Positions 8,751 to 18,972 of a stretch of 39,524 nucleotides of DNA are shown here, in pieces. The translations under genes were made by a program, and so were the position numbers. Source of the DNA: Candidatus Doudnabacteria bacterium CG10_big_fil_rev_8_21_14_0_10_41_10 (GTDB taxonomy: Bacteria > Patescibacteriota > Doudnabacteria > UBA920 > 2-01-FULL-50-11). The notes under the pieces were generated by a model. The model did no database searches, had not been told where the DNA came from, and saw only the letters and a program-made list of their open reading frames with translations. Positions within the stretch are counted from its first letter, which is position 1, and each line of letters begins with the position of its first letter. Location of the stretch: NCBI GenBank assembly GCA_002773695.1, contig PFAJ01000015.1, positions 1 through 39,524 of the forward strand. The letters run 5' to 3'.

Positions 8751-10913
8751 ATGGAACACAATCATCATCACAATCAGTCGTCTTCATCTTATACTTGCCC
8801 GATGCATCCAGAGGTTCACAAAGACAAACCGGGAATGTGTCCGGAATGCGGGATGAACCTTATAAAAGGGAAGAATAAAGATAATCAACACCATCATAAT
8901 CACCAAGGGCTCAACAAACGTTCCAGCGCTAAAGCTATGGATGGCAGGCATGCAGGGCACAGCACTAACATATTCAAAACCAAGTTTTGGGTAAGTTTGG
9001 TTTTATCTGTCCCCGTCGTCTCTTATTCAGACATTGTTCTGAATTTATTAAATTATCAAGCCCCGGTTTTTCCCGGTTCAAAATTTTTACCGTTTGTTTT
9101 AGGATCAGTAATATTTTTTTACGGCGGTTTAGTTTTTTTGCAAAGCGCCTATCGTGAACTCAAAGCCAGGATGCCCGGCATGATGACGCTAATTGCGCTT
9201 GCCATAACCACGGCTTATGTTTATAGCGTGTATGTAGTTTTTACCGGTGGCGAAAAAACATTGTTTTGGGAGCTGGCAACTTTAATCGTCGTAATGTTAC
9301 TCGGACACTGGATAGAAATGCGGGCGGTAAGCGGCGCGCAAGGCGCTTTGAAAGAACTTTCGAAACTGTTGCCAGATGAGGCCGAAGTAATCCGTGAAGG
9401 AAAAACCATCATGGTTTCCTTGGATGAAGTTAAAACAACCGATCTTGTTTTGGTAAAGCCTGGAGGAAAGATACCAACCGACGGGGTGGTTTCCGAAGGT
9501 AGCTCTGATGTGGATGAAGCCCTGGCAACCGGCGAGTCCAAGCCGGTTGAAAAAAAGAAAGGAAGTGAGGTTATTGCCGGCACCATAAATGGCGACGGGT
9601 CTTTGAAAATTGAAGTTACAAAAATTGGCGACGAAACTTTTTTGGCGGGAGTTATGCGGCTCGTTGCCGAGGCGCAAGCTTCCAAATCGCGGATGCAGCT
9701 ACTTTCCGACCGCGCCGCTTATTATTTAACAATTATCGCTGTCGTTACCGGTACCATAACTTTTGCAACATGGCTTGCGTATGCCGAACCAGCTTTTGCC
9801 ATAGAAAGAATGGTTGCGGTATTGGTTATCGCCTGCCCGCACGCCTTGGGGCTTGCTATCCCTTTAGTCGCCTCAATTTCCACTACCAAAGCGGCCAACA
9901 ACGGATTTTTGGTCAAACAACGAATGAGCCTGGAGGCGGCGCGAAAAATTGACGTGGTGTTGTTTGATAAAACCGGAACGCTTACGAAAGGTGAATTCGG
10001 CGTTGATACAATTGTCCCTTCCGTCGGTAACGACGAAGATGAAGTATTACAGTTAGCCGCCTCGGTAAATTCGCGTTCCGAGCATCCAATAGCTCGTGCG
10101 ATAGTAAAATTTGCAAACGAAAAAGGAATTGATTTGAAGCCAGTAAAGAATTTCGAAAGAATTGCGGGCAAAGGCGCACGGGGAGAAGTGGGTGCTCAAA
10201 ATCAAAAAGTGCAAGTAGGCAGTCCGTCATTAGCTGAAGAGTTAGGCGTTCAAATCGACAGTTCTTTGCGACCACGGATAGAAGAATTGTCTGGGCAAGG
10301 AAAAACAGTTATTCATGTAATTTCTGAAAATAAATTGATTGGTAGTATCGCGCTTGGAGATATTATTAGACAAGAATCAAAAGAGGCGATTAAACAACTC
10401 AAACAGATGGGAATAAAATCGGCGATGATTACCGGGGACTCGGAAGACGTCGCCAAGTGGGTCGCCAAAGAACTTGAATTGGACGAGTATTTCGCTAAGG
10501 TAATGCCTGAACAAAAATCGGATAAGGTAAAACTTTTGCAGTCGAAAGGTCAGAAGGTTGCGATGGTCGGTGACGGCATCAATGACGCGCCGGCATTGAC
10601 CCAAGCAGATTTGGGAATTGCTATTGGAGCAGGCACTAACGTCGCGATTGAATCTGCCGGGATAATTTTAGTTAAAAATGATCCGTGCGATATTGTGAAG
10701 ATTGTTCGGCTCTCAAAGATGACCTATACAAAAATGATTCAAAATCTATTTTGGGCAGCCGGATACAATATTGTCGCCATACCGCTGGCCGCCGGCGTGT
10801 TGGCGTTTAAAGGCATAACTTTGCAACCGGCACTGGCCGCGCTTTTTATGTCGCTGTCAACCATTATCGTTGCTATTAACGCGGTGATGTTAAAGAGGAA
10901 ATCATTAAGTTAA
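8751..10913 (+). CDS. copB: Copper-exporting P1B ATPase (CPH type, CopB-like)
   Basis: His-rich N-terminus with YTCPMHP..CPECGM, TGES, CPH, DKTGT, SEHP, GDGINDAP, YN, MSLS. Confidence 0.95.
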   Translation: MEHNHHHNQSSSSYTCPMHPEVHKDKPGMCPECGMNLIKGKNKDNQHHHNHQGLNKRSSAKAMDGRHAGHSTNIFKTKFWVSLVLSVPVVSYSDIVLNLLNYQAPVFPGSKFLPFVLGSVIFFYGGLVFLQSAYRELKARMPGMMTLIALAITTAYVYSVYVVFTGGEKTLFWELATLIVVMLLGHWIEMRAVSGAQGALKELSKLLPDEAEVIREGKTIMVSLDEVKTTDLVLVKPGGKIPTDGVVSEGSSDVDEALATGESKPVEKKKGSEVIAGTINGDGSLKIEVTKIGDETFLAGVMRLVAEAQASKSRMQLLSDRAAYYLTIIAVVTGTITFATWLAYAEPAFAIERMVAVLVIACPHALGLAIPLVASISTTKAANNGFLVKQRMSLEAARKIDVVLFDKTGTLTKGEFGVDTIVPSVGNDEDEVLQLAASVNSRSEHPIARAIVKFANEKGIDLKPVKNFERIAGKGARGEVGAQNQKVQVGSPSLAEELGVQIDSSLRPRIEELSGQGKTVIHVISENKLIGSIALGDIIRQESKEAIKQLKQMGIKSAMITGDSEDVAKWVAKELELDEYFAKVMPEQKSDKVKLLQSKGQKVAMVGDGINDAPALTQADLGIAIGAGTNVAIESAGIILVKNDPCDIVKIVRLSKMTYTKMIQNLFWAAGYNIVAIPLAAGVLAFKGITLQPALAALFMSLSTIIVAINAVMLKRKSLS

Positions 10914-10921
10914 TTATTAAC

Positions 10922-11091
10922 GAGAACTTACGCGTTTTCTCTGTCTTTTGTAAAGGTGACCTTTGGCTGTGAAAATACCCGCACGTGGATGGAATAACGT
11001 AAATTCAAGAGTTTTTTCGCCTAAGCTGCCAGATTTAGGAGCCAAAGGTCACCTTTGCAATTGATGGTTGCGACCAAGTGCGTAGGTACTA
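10922..11091. mobile_element. Degenerate MITE related to the 3739 element, containing a GGTGACC inverted pair
   Basis: Ends GAGAACTTACGC / CAAGTGCGTAGGTACTA (right end 15/17 to the 3739 TIR); internal perfect 17-bp IR at 10952-10968 and 11040-11056. Confidence 0.65.
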
Positions 11092-11099
11092 ATAAGAAT

Positions 11100-11591
11100 A
11101 TGAAGAAAGCAATTTTAGTTGTTGCGAGTTTATCGTTAATCATTCCCGGTGTTGCCTTGGCTCACGGCGGCACAATGATGGATTTTGAGAGCGCCGATGA
11201 TAATTTTGACATGATGCGTTACGTGGAAGACCAAGTGGTGGGCGATGAAGTGCATGAGGAAATGGAAGATTTAATGATAAAGATGATGTCAGGCGAGATG
11301 ACGCAAGATGAAACTCAAAGAATGGTCGAGTTGATGGACGAATATCCGGGCGCGGGCGGCATGATGTCGGCGAGAATGATGGGAAGTGGAATGCTTGCCC
11401 GCCACAGTCAGCTTTGGACTGACGGAGGTGGGATGGGCGGGGGAAACGGATTTGGGATGATGGGCGGCTTTGGTATGATGCCCGGATTTGGTTTTGCCGG
11501 CGCCAATATTTTTTCCTGGCTAATTTCGCTTGTCTGGCTGGCGGTTGGGGCGCTGCTGGTTGTCTTTCTTGCGAAAAAGATTTGGAAGTAA
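11100..11591 (+). CDS. Met/Gly-rich exported, membrane-anchored protein (probable Cu(I) binder)
   Basis: Signal ALA-HGG, very many Met residues, HEEME, C-terminal TM; start reassigned to ATG 11100. Confidence 0.8.
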   Translation: MKKAILVVASLSLIIPGVALAHGGTMMDFESADDNFDMMRYVEDQVVGDEVHEEMEDLMIKMMSGEMTQDETQRMVELMDEYPGAGGMMSARMMGSGMLARHSQLWTDGGGMGGGNGFGMMGGFGMMPGFGFAGANIFSWLISLVWLAVGALLVVFLAKKIWK

Positions 11592-11632
11592 GTTTGACAA
11601 GGTCATTTACCAAATATCAAAAAACCTCCCTT

Positions 11633-11661
11633 CGTCAGTCAGCCGCGGCTGACTTGATCGG
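11633..11661. repeat. Second identical copy of the 29-bp palindromic repeat
   Basis: Identical to 2421-2449, again inside a terminator-like stem after a gene. Confidence 0.9.
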
Positions 11662-11753
11662 TGCGGTTTGTTTTTTGCAAGCGAGCTTGACGGTTGGGAA
11701 ACGAAAAGATATTATGACCGGAAGGTGAGAGGAGGATTACGATCGATCTGGAA

Positions 11754-12008
11754 GTGACCTTCCACGCCTATAATGGCAGACTTATCCGTTGCGTGAGGTG
11801 GAAGGGCAGTGTGTTCTTGCACCAGTTAGATTGGAGGGGATGGCATGACTACTATGGTTCAGTATATTCTGCGCATGCCGGAAATAAGCTGACCATACAA
11901 AAGGCGGCCGATTGTCTCGCAGGCATTTTGAAATCAGAGCCGGGTATGGTTGAGCGAGAACGTTTGCTGTATGAGTTCAACTTGAAAGATTTTCTTCTGG
12001 ACGCCTGA
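11754..12008 (+). CDS. Small orphan hypothetical protein (start uncertain)
   Basis: Upstream TTGACG..TATTAT promoter, GGAGG at 11731, downstream hairpin with U tract. Confidence 0.55.
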   Translation: MTFHAYNGRLIRCVRWKGSVFLHQLDWRGWHDYYGSVYSAHAGNKLTIQKAADCLAGILKSEPGMVERERLLYEFNLKDFLLDA

Positions 12009-12107
12009 GCCCAACGCCTCATTACTATGGCGCACGCCTTGCCGACATGGCAGGAGACGGAGTTTTTTTATCACATATATAGAGAAGAAGAGAATAGCCC
12101 TCAAATA

Positions 12108-12170
12108 GGGTCAGGAGCAATTTTCTTCTCTACATATCTACATAGATAAATAGCTCCTGACCCCTTTTCT
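12108..12170. repeat. GGGTCAGGAGC/GCTCCTGACCC inverted pair (REP-like)
   Basis: 12108-12118 is inverted to 12153-12163; TACATAGATAAATAGCTCCTGACCCCTTTT resembles the 1394 unit. Confidence 0.8.
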
Positions 12171-12324
12171 TCACAGACTGAAAAAAATTCCTGATTGTTT
12201 TTTCTTTTTAGGTATATAGATTGATGGAAAGTCCGATCATTATTTATAAATCAAAAAGATTTATCAGGTGAGTCGTAAGATTACAACCATCGCTGAAAAT
12301 ATTAAGTAGTTTTGTTAGGATTTT

Positions 12325-12951
12325 ATGTTAAGCTTACCATTGAATACCCGTAACGGATTGGTTATAGTCGCTCATCCAGATGACGAAACTATTTGGATGG
12401 GAGGGACGATTTTTTCCTTTCCGCAGGTCAACTGGACGATTTTTTCGTTGTGCCGGAGCAGTGATTCCGATCGAGAGCCAAAATATATGCGGGTCTGCTC
12501 GCTCTACCCCGCACGCGGGATTATAACAGATTTAGAGGATGAAGGAATAATGAGCGTAGAAGAAAGCGTCGGTAAAATAAAAAGAATAATCAAAACTGAG
12601 CTGGTAACGAAAAGTTATGATATAATATTCACTCATGGATCCAATGGTGATTATGGCCATCTACGTCATAAAGGTGTTCATCGGGCAGTGACCGATTTGA
12701 TTAAAGCTCGCACCCTTTCCTGTCGGAAGCTTTATTATTTCTCCTATTTCCTTGATTCCAAAAAGAAGATTGCGCTACCCAAAGTTCCCGCGAAATACTT
12801 TATGAACCTACCTCTACCGGTCTGGCAGAAGAAAAAAAATTTAATACATGAAATTTATGGATTTAGCAGAAAATCTTTTGAATATCGAAGCTGTTCTAAA
12901 ATAGAAACTTTTGTTGATTCTAAATATAATGAAAACATTAATACTTTTTGA
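12325..12951 (+). CDS. PIG-L/LmbE-family deacetylase
   Basis: VAHPDDET and THGSNGDYGHLRH motifs. Confidence 0.88.
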   Translation: MLSLPLNTRNGLVIVAHPDDETIWMGGTIFSFPQVNWTIFSLCRSSDSDREPKYMRVCSLYPARGIITDLEDEGIMSVEESVGKIKRIIKTELVTKSYDIIFTHGSNGDYGHLRHKGVHRAVTDLIKARTLSCRKLYYFSYFLDSKKKIALPKVPAKYFMNLPLPVWQKKKNLIHEIYGFSRKSFEYRSCSKIETFVDSKYNENINTF

Positions 12952-14074
12952 TTACCCGCCAACCCCCACAGGGCTTTCTATGCAGGGCGATATGCTTTAT
13001 CGAGGTATGAAAGATAATGGTGAGGAAGTCATGTCATGCAATTTGACTGGCAGTTTGCAAAAGCAATGGTTATATGGTTCATTCAAACCCGATATTGTTG
13101 TTGGAGTTGGGCACTGGGGAGATGTTCCCGACGTGGTAATCCATCCTCAAAAATTTGGTGTAATCCCGGTGCCATGGTTTGTGGCTGATGGCTGGGTGGC
13201 GAATTATCATGATATACTCAGTTCCTTGCCTTTGGCCTTTATTACCAGCGAGTGGGTGAAGACAACTTATGCCCGGGATGGTGTGGATGTTAAGAATTTT
13301 GTAGTTGCTCATATTGGGATTGAACCTGATATTTACAAACCCATTTCAAAATCCGATCCAAGGGTAAAGCTGGTAAGAAACGCACTCGGGATCGCAGATG
13401 ACGAAGCCATGATTTTGACAATCGGCGGGGACGTGACCTCCAAGGGCGCGCAGGAGATGTTTAAAGCTTTAAAAATAGTAAATAAGGATTTCCGAAATTG
13501 GAAATATGTTTGCAAGACTTGGGGAGGAGGATCTTCAATAGACCATCGAGCGGATGAGTTACGGTTAATTGAGGAATTAGGAGACGCAAAGGATCGGGTG
13601 ATTTATCAGCAAGGTTCTTTTTCTCGCGATTTTTTACCTTACTTAATAAATGCCTGTGATATATACGCAGCCCCTAGTCGACTGGATGGGTATGGGATGA
13701 TACAGGTAGAGGCCCAAGCTTGCGGGATCCCAGTAATTTCGATAAATAAAATGGGACCACAAGAAACCATAGTTAATGGTAAGACCGGGTTTTTAGCGCG
13801 AGTTGCAGAGACTGTTGATTTATCAGAAGAGTGGGTTTACGAAGATATGGGATTTGAAAAAAAACATAAAAAAAAATTCGATCGTCCAAAAACCTTTGCC
13901 TATCGGGCGGATGTTGGAGAACTGGCAAATTATTTGATCAGTCTACTCGCCTCCCCAAAGTTACGTGAAGAGATGGGCCGGGCAGGACGTGAACATGTTT
14001 TGTTAAATTTTGAATATCACAAACTTGCGAAAGAAATGACTAAAAAGGTTAAACAACACCTAAATATTTCGTGA
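12929..14074 (+). CDS. GT4-family glycosyltransferase
   Basis: KGAQE, CDIYAAPSRLDGYGMIQVEAQACGIPVI, GKTGFL, REEMGRAGR; start at ATG 12929. Confidence 0.9.
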   Translation: MKTLILFDYPPTPTGLSMQGDMLYRGMKDNGEEVMSCNLTGSLQKQWLYGSFKPDIVVGVGHWGDVPDVVIHPQKFGVIPVPWFVADGWVANYHDILSSLPLAFITSEWVKTTYARDGVDVKNFVVAHIGIEPDIYKPISKSDPRVKLVRNALGIADDEAMILTIGGDVTSKGAQEMFKALKIVNKDFRNWKYVCKTWGGGSSIDHRADELRLIEELGDAKDRVIYQQGSFSRDFLPYLINACDIYAAPSRLDGYGMIQVEAQACGIPVISINKMGPQETIVNGKTGFLARVAETVDLSEEWVYEDMGFEKKHKKKFDRPKTFAYRADVGELANYLISLLASPKLREEMGRAGREHVLLNFEYHKLAKEMTKKVKQHLNIS

Positions 14075-14187
14075 ATAATTTTTAATCGAAAGAAAAATCC
14101 AAGCCAAAAGCCAGGACCGATAATTGTTCTACTATCGATAATAAAAAGTTTTTACTTCGCTAAACCAGAGAAAGCTCACCCGGGTTT

Positions 14188-15321
14188 TTAGAGGAAGAAA
14201 GGAATTTTTTTTTGTTTGAGACAATGATAGGCGAAAAGGTAAGAACCGGCAGACCATCCTTGAAAAGTAACCCCCATAGGTTTTCCGGTTTGGCCACTTA
14301 GCCATTCATTAAATTCCCAGAGCTTGTGTTTCCCCGCTCGATTAGCTAAAGCTAGTTGTTGAAGATTCCGGCCTGCTTTTTTTAGTTGTCCAGTTTTAAC
14401 TAAAGCCGCGATATACCAGCCTCCAATATATGGCCAGATTCCACCGTTAAGATAATGGTGAGGAGTTTTTGCCGCACATTTGGAAAAATAGGAGTGCCAT
14501 TCTTTGTCGTTTGGTTTAATGGGTGGATGTATGGTTTTACAAGGGAAAGGTTTATTGATTTTATTTTTTTCGATGTGTCGCAAGATCCCAAGGGAAATTG
14601 GTCGGGTTGCCAGTCCGGTCACGATTGCAAGAATATTACCAAACGTATCAAACCATGTTCCTTGCTCTCGGTCACCGTCGTGACCCTTCCAAACCCAAGG
14701 AAGGTAATACCCTCTCGTTTTGTCGTAAAGAGAGTTGTATTTTTTACCATTTATAACTTTTTTTATATGTTTTGCAAGGGCCATTTTATCATGTATTTTA
14801 AGCGCGGCATAGTAGAGTGCTAGTGTATTTAATACGCGGCCGTATTTATGGGGAAAAGCGTCTTGCCAGTCCATTGTGGGTTGTTGGACAATCAATTTGT
14901 CTTCGTTGGGGTCTTGATAAGATAACCATGCTAGTGCTTTTTTTAGGCTGGACTGGTATTTGTTGATTAGATTTAAATCGTGGTACTTTTTAGAGTACGC
15001 ATGATGTCCAATTAAATACCATAGCGTGGAGTCAATCGTATTAAAGGTTACATCTGATTGCCTTTCAAGATTATAGTCGCCTACCGCGTTAGGAATTTGT
15101 CCCAAACCCGACTGGTTTTTCGCCAAAGTTACCAAGCTTTTGGCGAAAGGAGTTTTGAATTTTTCCCCAGCTAAAGACGCGCCGATTGAAGTAATCATGC
15201 TATCTCTTGCCCATAGCGCCTCATATCCGCCAGGCAATCCAGACGCACTAAACCCTCGTCGATTAACACAATGTTCTAACACTTTTATTGCTTGTTGATA
15301 GCCTTCTTCTACAACGCTCAT
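14188..15321 (-). CDS. Six-hairpin glycosidase (GH100/debranching-enzyme-like)
   Basis: WARDSMI, IDSTLWY, DWQD, YLNGGIWP, FNEWL, QGWSAG. Confidence 0.85.
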   Translation of the reverse strand: MSVVEEGYQQAIKVLEHCVNRRGFSASGLPGGYEALWARDSMITSIGASLAGEKFKTPFAKSLVTLAKNQSGLGQIPNAVGDYNLERQSDVTFNTIDSTLWYLIGHHAYSKKYHDLNLINKYQSSLKKALAWLSYQDPNEDKLIVQQPTMDWQDAFPHKYGRVLNTLALYYAALKIHDKMALAKHIKKVINGKKYNSLYDKTRGYYLPWVWKGHDGDREQGTWFDTFGNILAIVTGLATRPISLGILRHIEKNKINKPFPCKTIHPPIKPNDKEWHSYFSKCAAKTPHHYLNGGIWPYIGGWYIAALVKTGQLKKAGRNLQQLALANRAGKHKLWEFNEWLSGQTGKPMGVTFQGWSAGSYLFAYHCLKQKKIPFFL

Positions 15322-17552
15322 ATTTTTTCTAGGTGGTCTCTTACTTGTGAATTTTCAAATTCTAGCCTAGCCAAAAGATAGGACAGGGTTGATTCAGCTC
15401 CCTCATTGAGGTTTAAAGAGTATTGTCCCACCCCATCGTGGCAACCGCCCGTAACTTCGTCATAAACCATTTGTTGCAGATTGTTTTTACCGAGAAACCA
15501 GGTGAAGGCCTGATAGGCATTGGTTAAGTGCTTTAATTTTTTTGTAGTTTTGTAAGCGGTAATTTGAGACTGCACCATTGACGCGGTGTCTTCCGGCTGT
15601 TGGTCGTAATAGGATCGGTGTTTACCTTTGGCGTACCAGCCATTTTGTCCGATAGGTGAGTAATGTTTTTTTTTAAAAGTAATATCAGTAAGAAAATTGA
15701 GACTAGTCTGACCGACTTTTAAATATTTTTTTTCACGAGTGATATCGTAAGCAAAAAATAAACACTCCGAGAGTTTGCTGTTGGAATAGGTTAGGTTGTC
15801 TTCAAACCATAGCCATTGAGGAGCCGCCGATTCTTGATATAGTTTGATCTGTTTATCAGCAAGTTTTTTAAAGATTATCAGTAGTTTTTTGTTGGGATAA
15901 TTTTTTAGATAAAAATACAGACCAGACATTGCAAAAGCGATTGCTCGCGGAGCCTTTAGCGCATTTATGGTCACAAGAGATTTTTGGAACAAGTTTTTTG
16001 CCTTAGTCAAAATATTTTTTGGTAAATAATCTTGGGCGGTAAGGTATCCCAAAGCCCAGATTATCCGGCCTTGCGCATCTTCCTCAAAAGTCGTATCTTT
16101 TTTCTTTTTAATACTTACTATGTTGGCAAAACTACCATTGGGTCGTTGAACGAAATGGAGAAAATTTAAATAGGTTTGGATTAAATCTTCCACTTTTTGC
16201 GTGGGTTCGAGTAGATAATATTGGCCGCACACTATCAATGCCCGGGCATTGTCGTCAGCGCTGTAACCAAACCGCAAGTTTGGTTTATCGTAGGTGGCGT
16301 GTTGGATCAGTCCAAACTTATCAGTTAGTTTAACTAAATGGTCAAGTTTTATATCAGGAAACTTTTTTTCTTTTTCGGCAAAATTAGCAATTCGATTGTA
16401 GACATCAAAATATAAAGAGGCGACATTGGGCCAGATCATATGGCGGGTGGAAGCGTAAGCCGCTTGACTCATGGTTTTTAGGAGTTGTTCATTTCCTGCA
16501 AGTTTAGAAATAGCATGGCTGATAGCGCTTGGATTTCTAAATTTAACAAGGATTCCATTTTTATCGTTTATTACCCATTTGGCATATTCAGAGGGCGTAC
16601 TAACAGCAGGCCGACCACAGCCAAGAGCATAAGAAAGAGTTCCACTGACTGATTGGTTTGGATTGAGAGATGGTGAGATATATATATCAGTTGCTTTAAG
16701 GTAGTTAACGAGTTCCTCATATGACAGATATTTATTATAAAATTTTACGTATTTTTTTAAACCCAGAAGTTCAATTTCCCGCACCAAGGAATTACGATAG
16801 GCTTCCCCTTCACGCGACCGTAACACAGGATGAGTGGCGCCAAGTAATAAGTAGATGAGATTCGGATGCTTTTTAATCAATCGGGGCAAGGCTCGGATGA
16901 CATATTGGATCCCTTTGTCCGGACTCAGAAAACCAAAGGTGGTCAATACTAGACGGTTTTTTAGACCAAAATCAGATTTGAAAGAATCGCTTGGATCAAA
17001 AGTGGTCGAAGGAATGCCATGGGGAATAAGAATAATTTTAGATTTTGGTATGGAGTAATTATTTTCAAGCAGAACTTTTGATCGGTGGTTCATGACAATT
17101 ATCGCTTTGCTGTATTTGGCGATTGTTTTAACATTATCTATGATATTTTTTTTGGGTTGAGGAAGGACTGTATGAAAACTGGTAACCACCGGCTTTTTTA
17201 TAACCTGTAGAAAAGGGATTATATAATCACCCCAATTGCCCCCAAAAATTCCAAATTCATGCTGGATGTTAACCAGCTTTATAGGATTAAGCTTGTTAAT
17301 CTCTTGGGCTAAGCTCACATAATGGGAGGCATGATCAGCGGCTATTTGGCCCTGGACAATACCCGGGTAGTTATAAAGACTTGTTTCATTTTCATTGATA
17401 GCTATAACTTTGGATTTTATAGTTGGGTTATAGCGTTTGTTTATCGCTCGACATAAGTCCTGGGTAAAAGTTGCAATGCCACATTCTCTCGGAGGGTAAG
17501 TGCTCAATGATAAAATTATTGTATCGTGAGAACTAGGTTTCTTGATAAGCAT
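15318..17552 (-). CDS. GT4 glycosyltransferase fused to a C-terminal six-hairpin-like domain
   Basis: STYPPRECGIATFT, IQHEFGIFGG, SGTLSYA; C-terminal DDNARAL, DQQP, NEGAESTLSYL. Confidence 0.9.
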   Translation of the reverse strand: MLIKKPSSHDTIILSLSTYPPRECGIATFTQDLCRAINKRYNPTIKSKVIAINENETSLYNYPGIVQGQIAADHASHYVSLAQEINKLNPIKLVNIQHEFGIFGGNWGDYIIPFLQVIKKPVVTSFHTVLPQPKKNIIDNVKTIAKYSKAIIVMNHRSKVLLENNYSIPKSKIILIPHGIPSTTFDPSDSFKSDFGLKNRLVLTTFGFLSPDKGIQYVIRALPRLIKKHPNLIYLLLGATHPVLRSREGEAYRNSLVREIELLGLKKYVKFYNKYLSYEELVNYLKATDIYISPSLNPNQSVSGTLSYALGCGRPAVSTPSEYAKWVINDKNGILVKFRNPSAISHAISKLAGNEQLLKTMSQAAYASTRHMIWPNVASLYFDVYNRIANFAEKEKKFPDIKLDHLVKLTDKFGLIQHATYDKPNLRFGYSADDNARALIVCGQYYLLEPTQKVEDLIQTYLNFLHFVQRPNGSFANIVSIKKKKDTTFEEDAQGRIIWALGYLTAQDYLPKNILTKAKNLFQKSLVTINALKAPRAIAFAMSGLYFYLKNYPNKKLLIIFKKLADKQIKLYQESAAPQWLWFEDNLTYSNSKLSECLFFAYDITREKKYLKVGQTSLNFLTDITFKKKHYSPIGQNGWYAKGKHRSYYDQQPEDTASMVQSQITAYKTTKKLKHLTNAYQAFTWFLGKNNLQQMVYDEVTGGCHDGVGQYSLNLNEGAESTLSYLLARLEFENSQVRDHLEKI

Positions 17553-18576
17553 TATTGTGACGAGATTTTTTTATTTCGGCGATTAGATTTTTGAGTTTTA
17601 CCGAGGCAACAGCAACAGCTCGATCCGCCGCTCCGTAATAGATATACAAATCAGGGCCAAACAAAGCGGTTCCGGTGGGAAAGACCACATTGGAAATCAA
17701 ACCTTTTTTTTCCCATTTTTTTGTAGGTGAAAACAGAGGATCGTGGAGCCGAGCAATTATTTTGCGGGGATTTTTTTTGTCAAGCAGGGCGGCACAAGCG
17801 TGATAAACTCGTCCTTTGTTGTTTTCTTCCACCGTATGAAAAATTAAAAGCCAACCGTCATCGGTGAGCAAAGGTGGACAGCCGCCGCCGATATTTCGAG
17901 ATTCAAACCAGTGCTTATTTTCTAAGATTATGTTTTTTGAAAGGTTTTTTATTTGACCCCGCCAATAGTCAGGAGTAAGCTCATTGAAGTTTTTGAAGAA
18001 AGCTATTTGAATATCAGGAAGGATACGATGGATAAGGGCGTACTGCCCATTGATTTTTTTGGGGAACAAAAACACATCTTTTTCCCAAATCAAGACATTT
18101 TTACCTTCATGGTTTTGATAATACGAGGAGAAGAAATAATAAGAATCTTTTAAAGAAGACTCAGAGAACAGCTTTTCAGCTTCTCGATAGGAAATGAGCG
18201 GGGAAATAATTCCCTGCTTTTTAAATTTTTTTAAATCTGTGCTGGTCGCGTAGGCGGTGACTGCATTTTTTCCATCATGGGCGACGTAAAAAACATAAAA
18301 AGTTTTCCCAACTTTTACTATGCGCGGATCTTCCACCCCGACTTTTTCATAGTCAAACTCCCTTGTCATTATCGGAAATTGTCCGCGCTCAACAACTGTG
18401 GTTGGACCTTTGAGTTTGGCGTAACCGATAGTTGATTTATTTTGTGAATCAATTGCTCTATAAAAAATATGGACGAATTCTCCATCTTTCCAAATACCCG
18501 GGTTTAGGACGCTTTTTTTTTCAAATTCCAGCTCACTTGGTTCGAGAATTACGCCATGTTTTTTGATTTTTAACAT
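17533..18576 (-). CDS. GH130-like glycosidase/phosphorylase
   Basis: VLNPG, GVEDPRI, KDVFLFP, HRI, IGGGCPP, NVVFPTG, YYGAAD. Confidence 0.9.
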   Translation of the reverse strand: MLKIKKHGVILEPSELEFEKKSVLNPGIWKDGEFVHIFYRAIDSQNKSTIGYAKLKGPTTVVERGQFPIMTREFDYEKVGVEDPRIVKVGKTFYVFYVAHDGKNAVTAYATSTDLKKFKKQGIISPLISYREAEKLFSESSLKDSYYFFSSYYQNHEGKNVLIWEKDVFLFPKKINGQYALIHRILPDIQIAFFKNFNELTPDYWRGQIKNLSKNIILENKHWFESRNIGGGCPPLLTDDGWLLIFHTVEENNKGRVYHACAALLDKKNPRKIIARLHDPLFSPTKKWEKKGLISNVVFPTGTALFGPDLYIYYGAADRAVAVASVKLKNLIAEIKKSRHNNAYQET

Positions 18577-18972
18577 AGTATTGATTCGGTTTTTTGTAAT
18601 TTTCTAATTCTGTATAAGGAAGTGGGGTTTTAGACCCGGTTTTCGAATTGGCGTTATTAAGGTTTTGAGGAAGTTATTTAAGTTTATTATATCTTTTTCT
18701 GGTCTGGAGAGCAATTTATTAGATTTAAAATTAATAATCAAATTTGCTTTTATAAATGGCTATCTTATGTCACGGTCAACCGTTATCGTTCCAGTTAACG
18801 CGGTAATATTAAAAAAGAAATCGTTGTAACCTTCATTATTATATGAAAATACCCTTGTTAGGGTGTTTTTATATTTTGAAATTTTATTAAAATCTATTAT
18901 CAAACCTCTTGACTTTTTTAAAAAAAATTATTAAGTTAGATATTAGTCTAAATAAACATCGGAGGAATAATA

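Noticed and set aside
9221-10604. Long antisense ORFs within copB, and similar ones within the kinase, gnd and DUF3179
   Set aside because: Shadow frames of well-supported genes.
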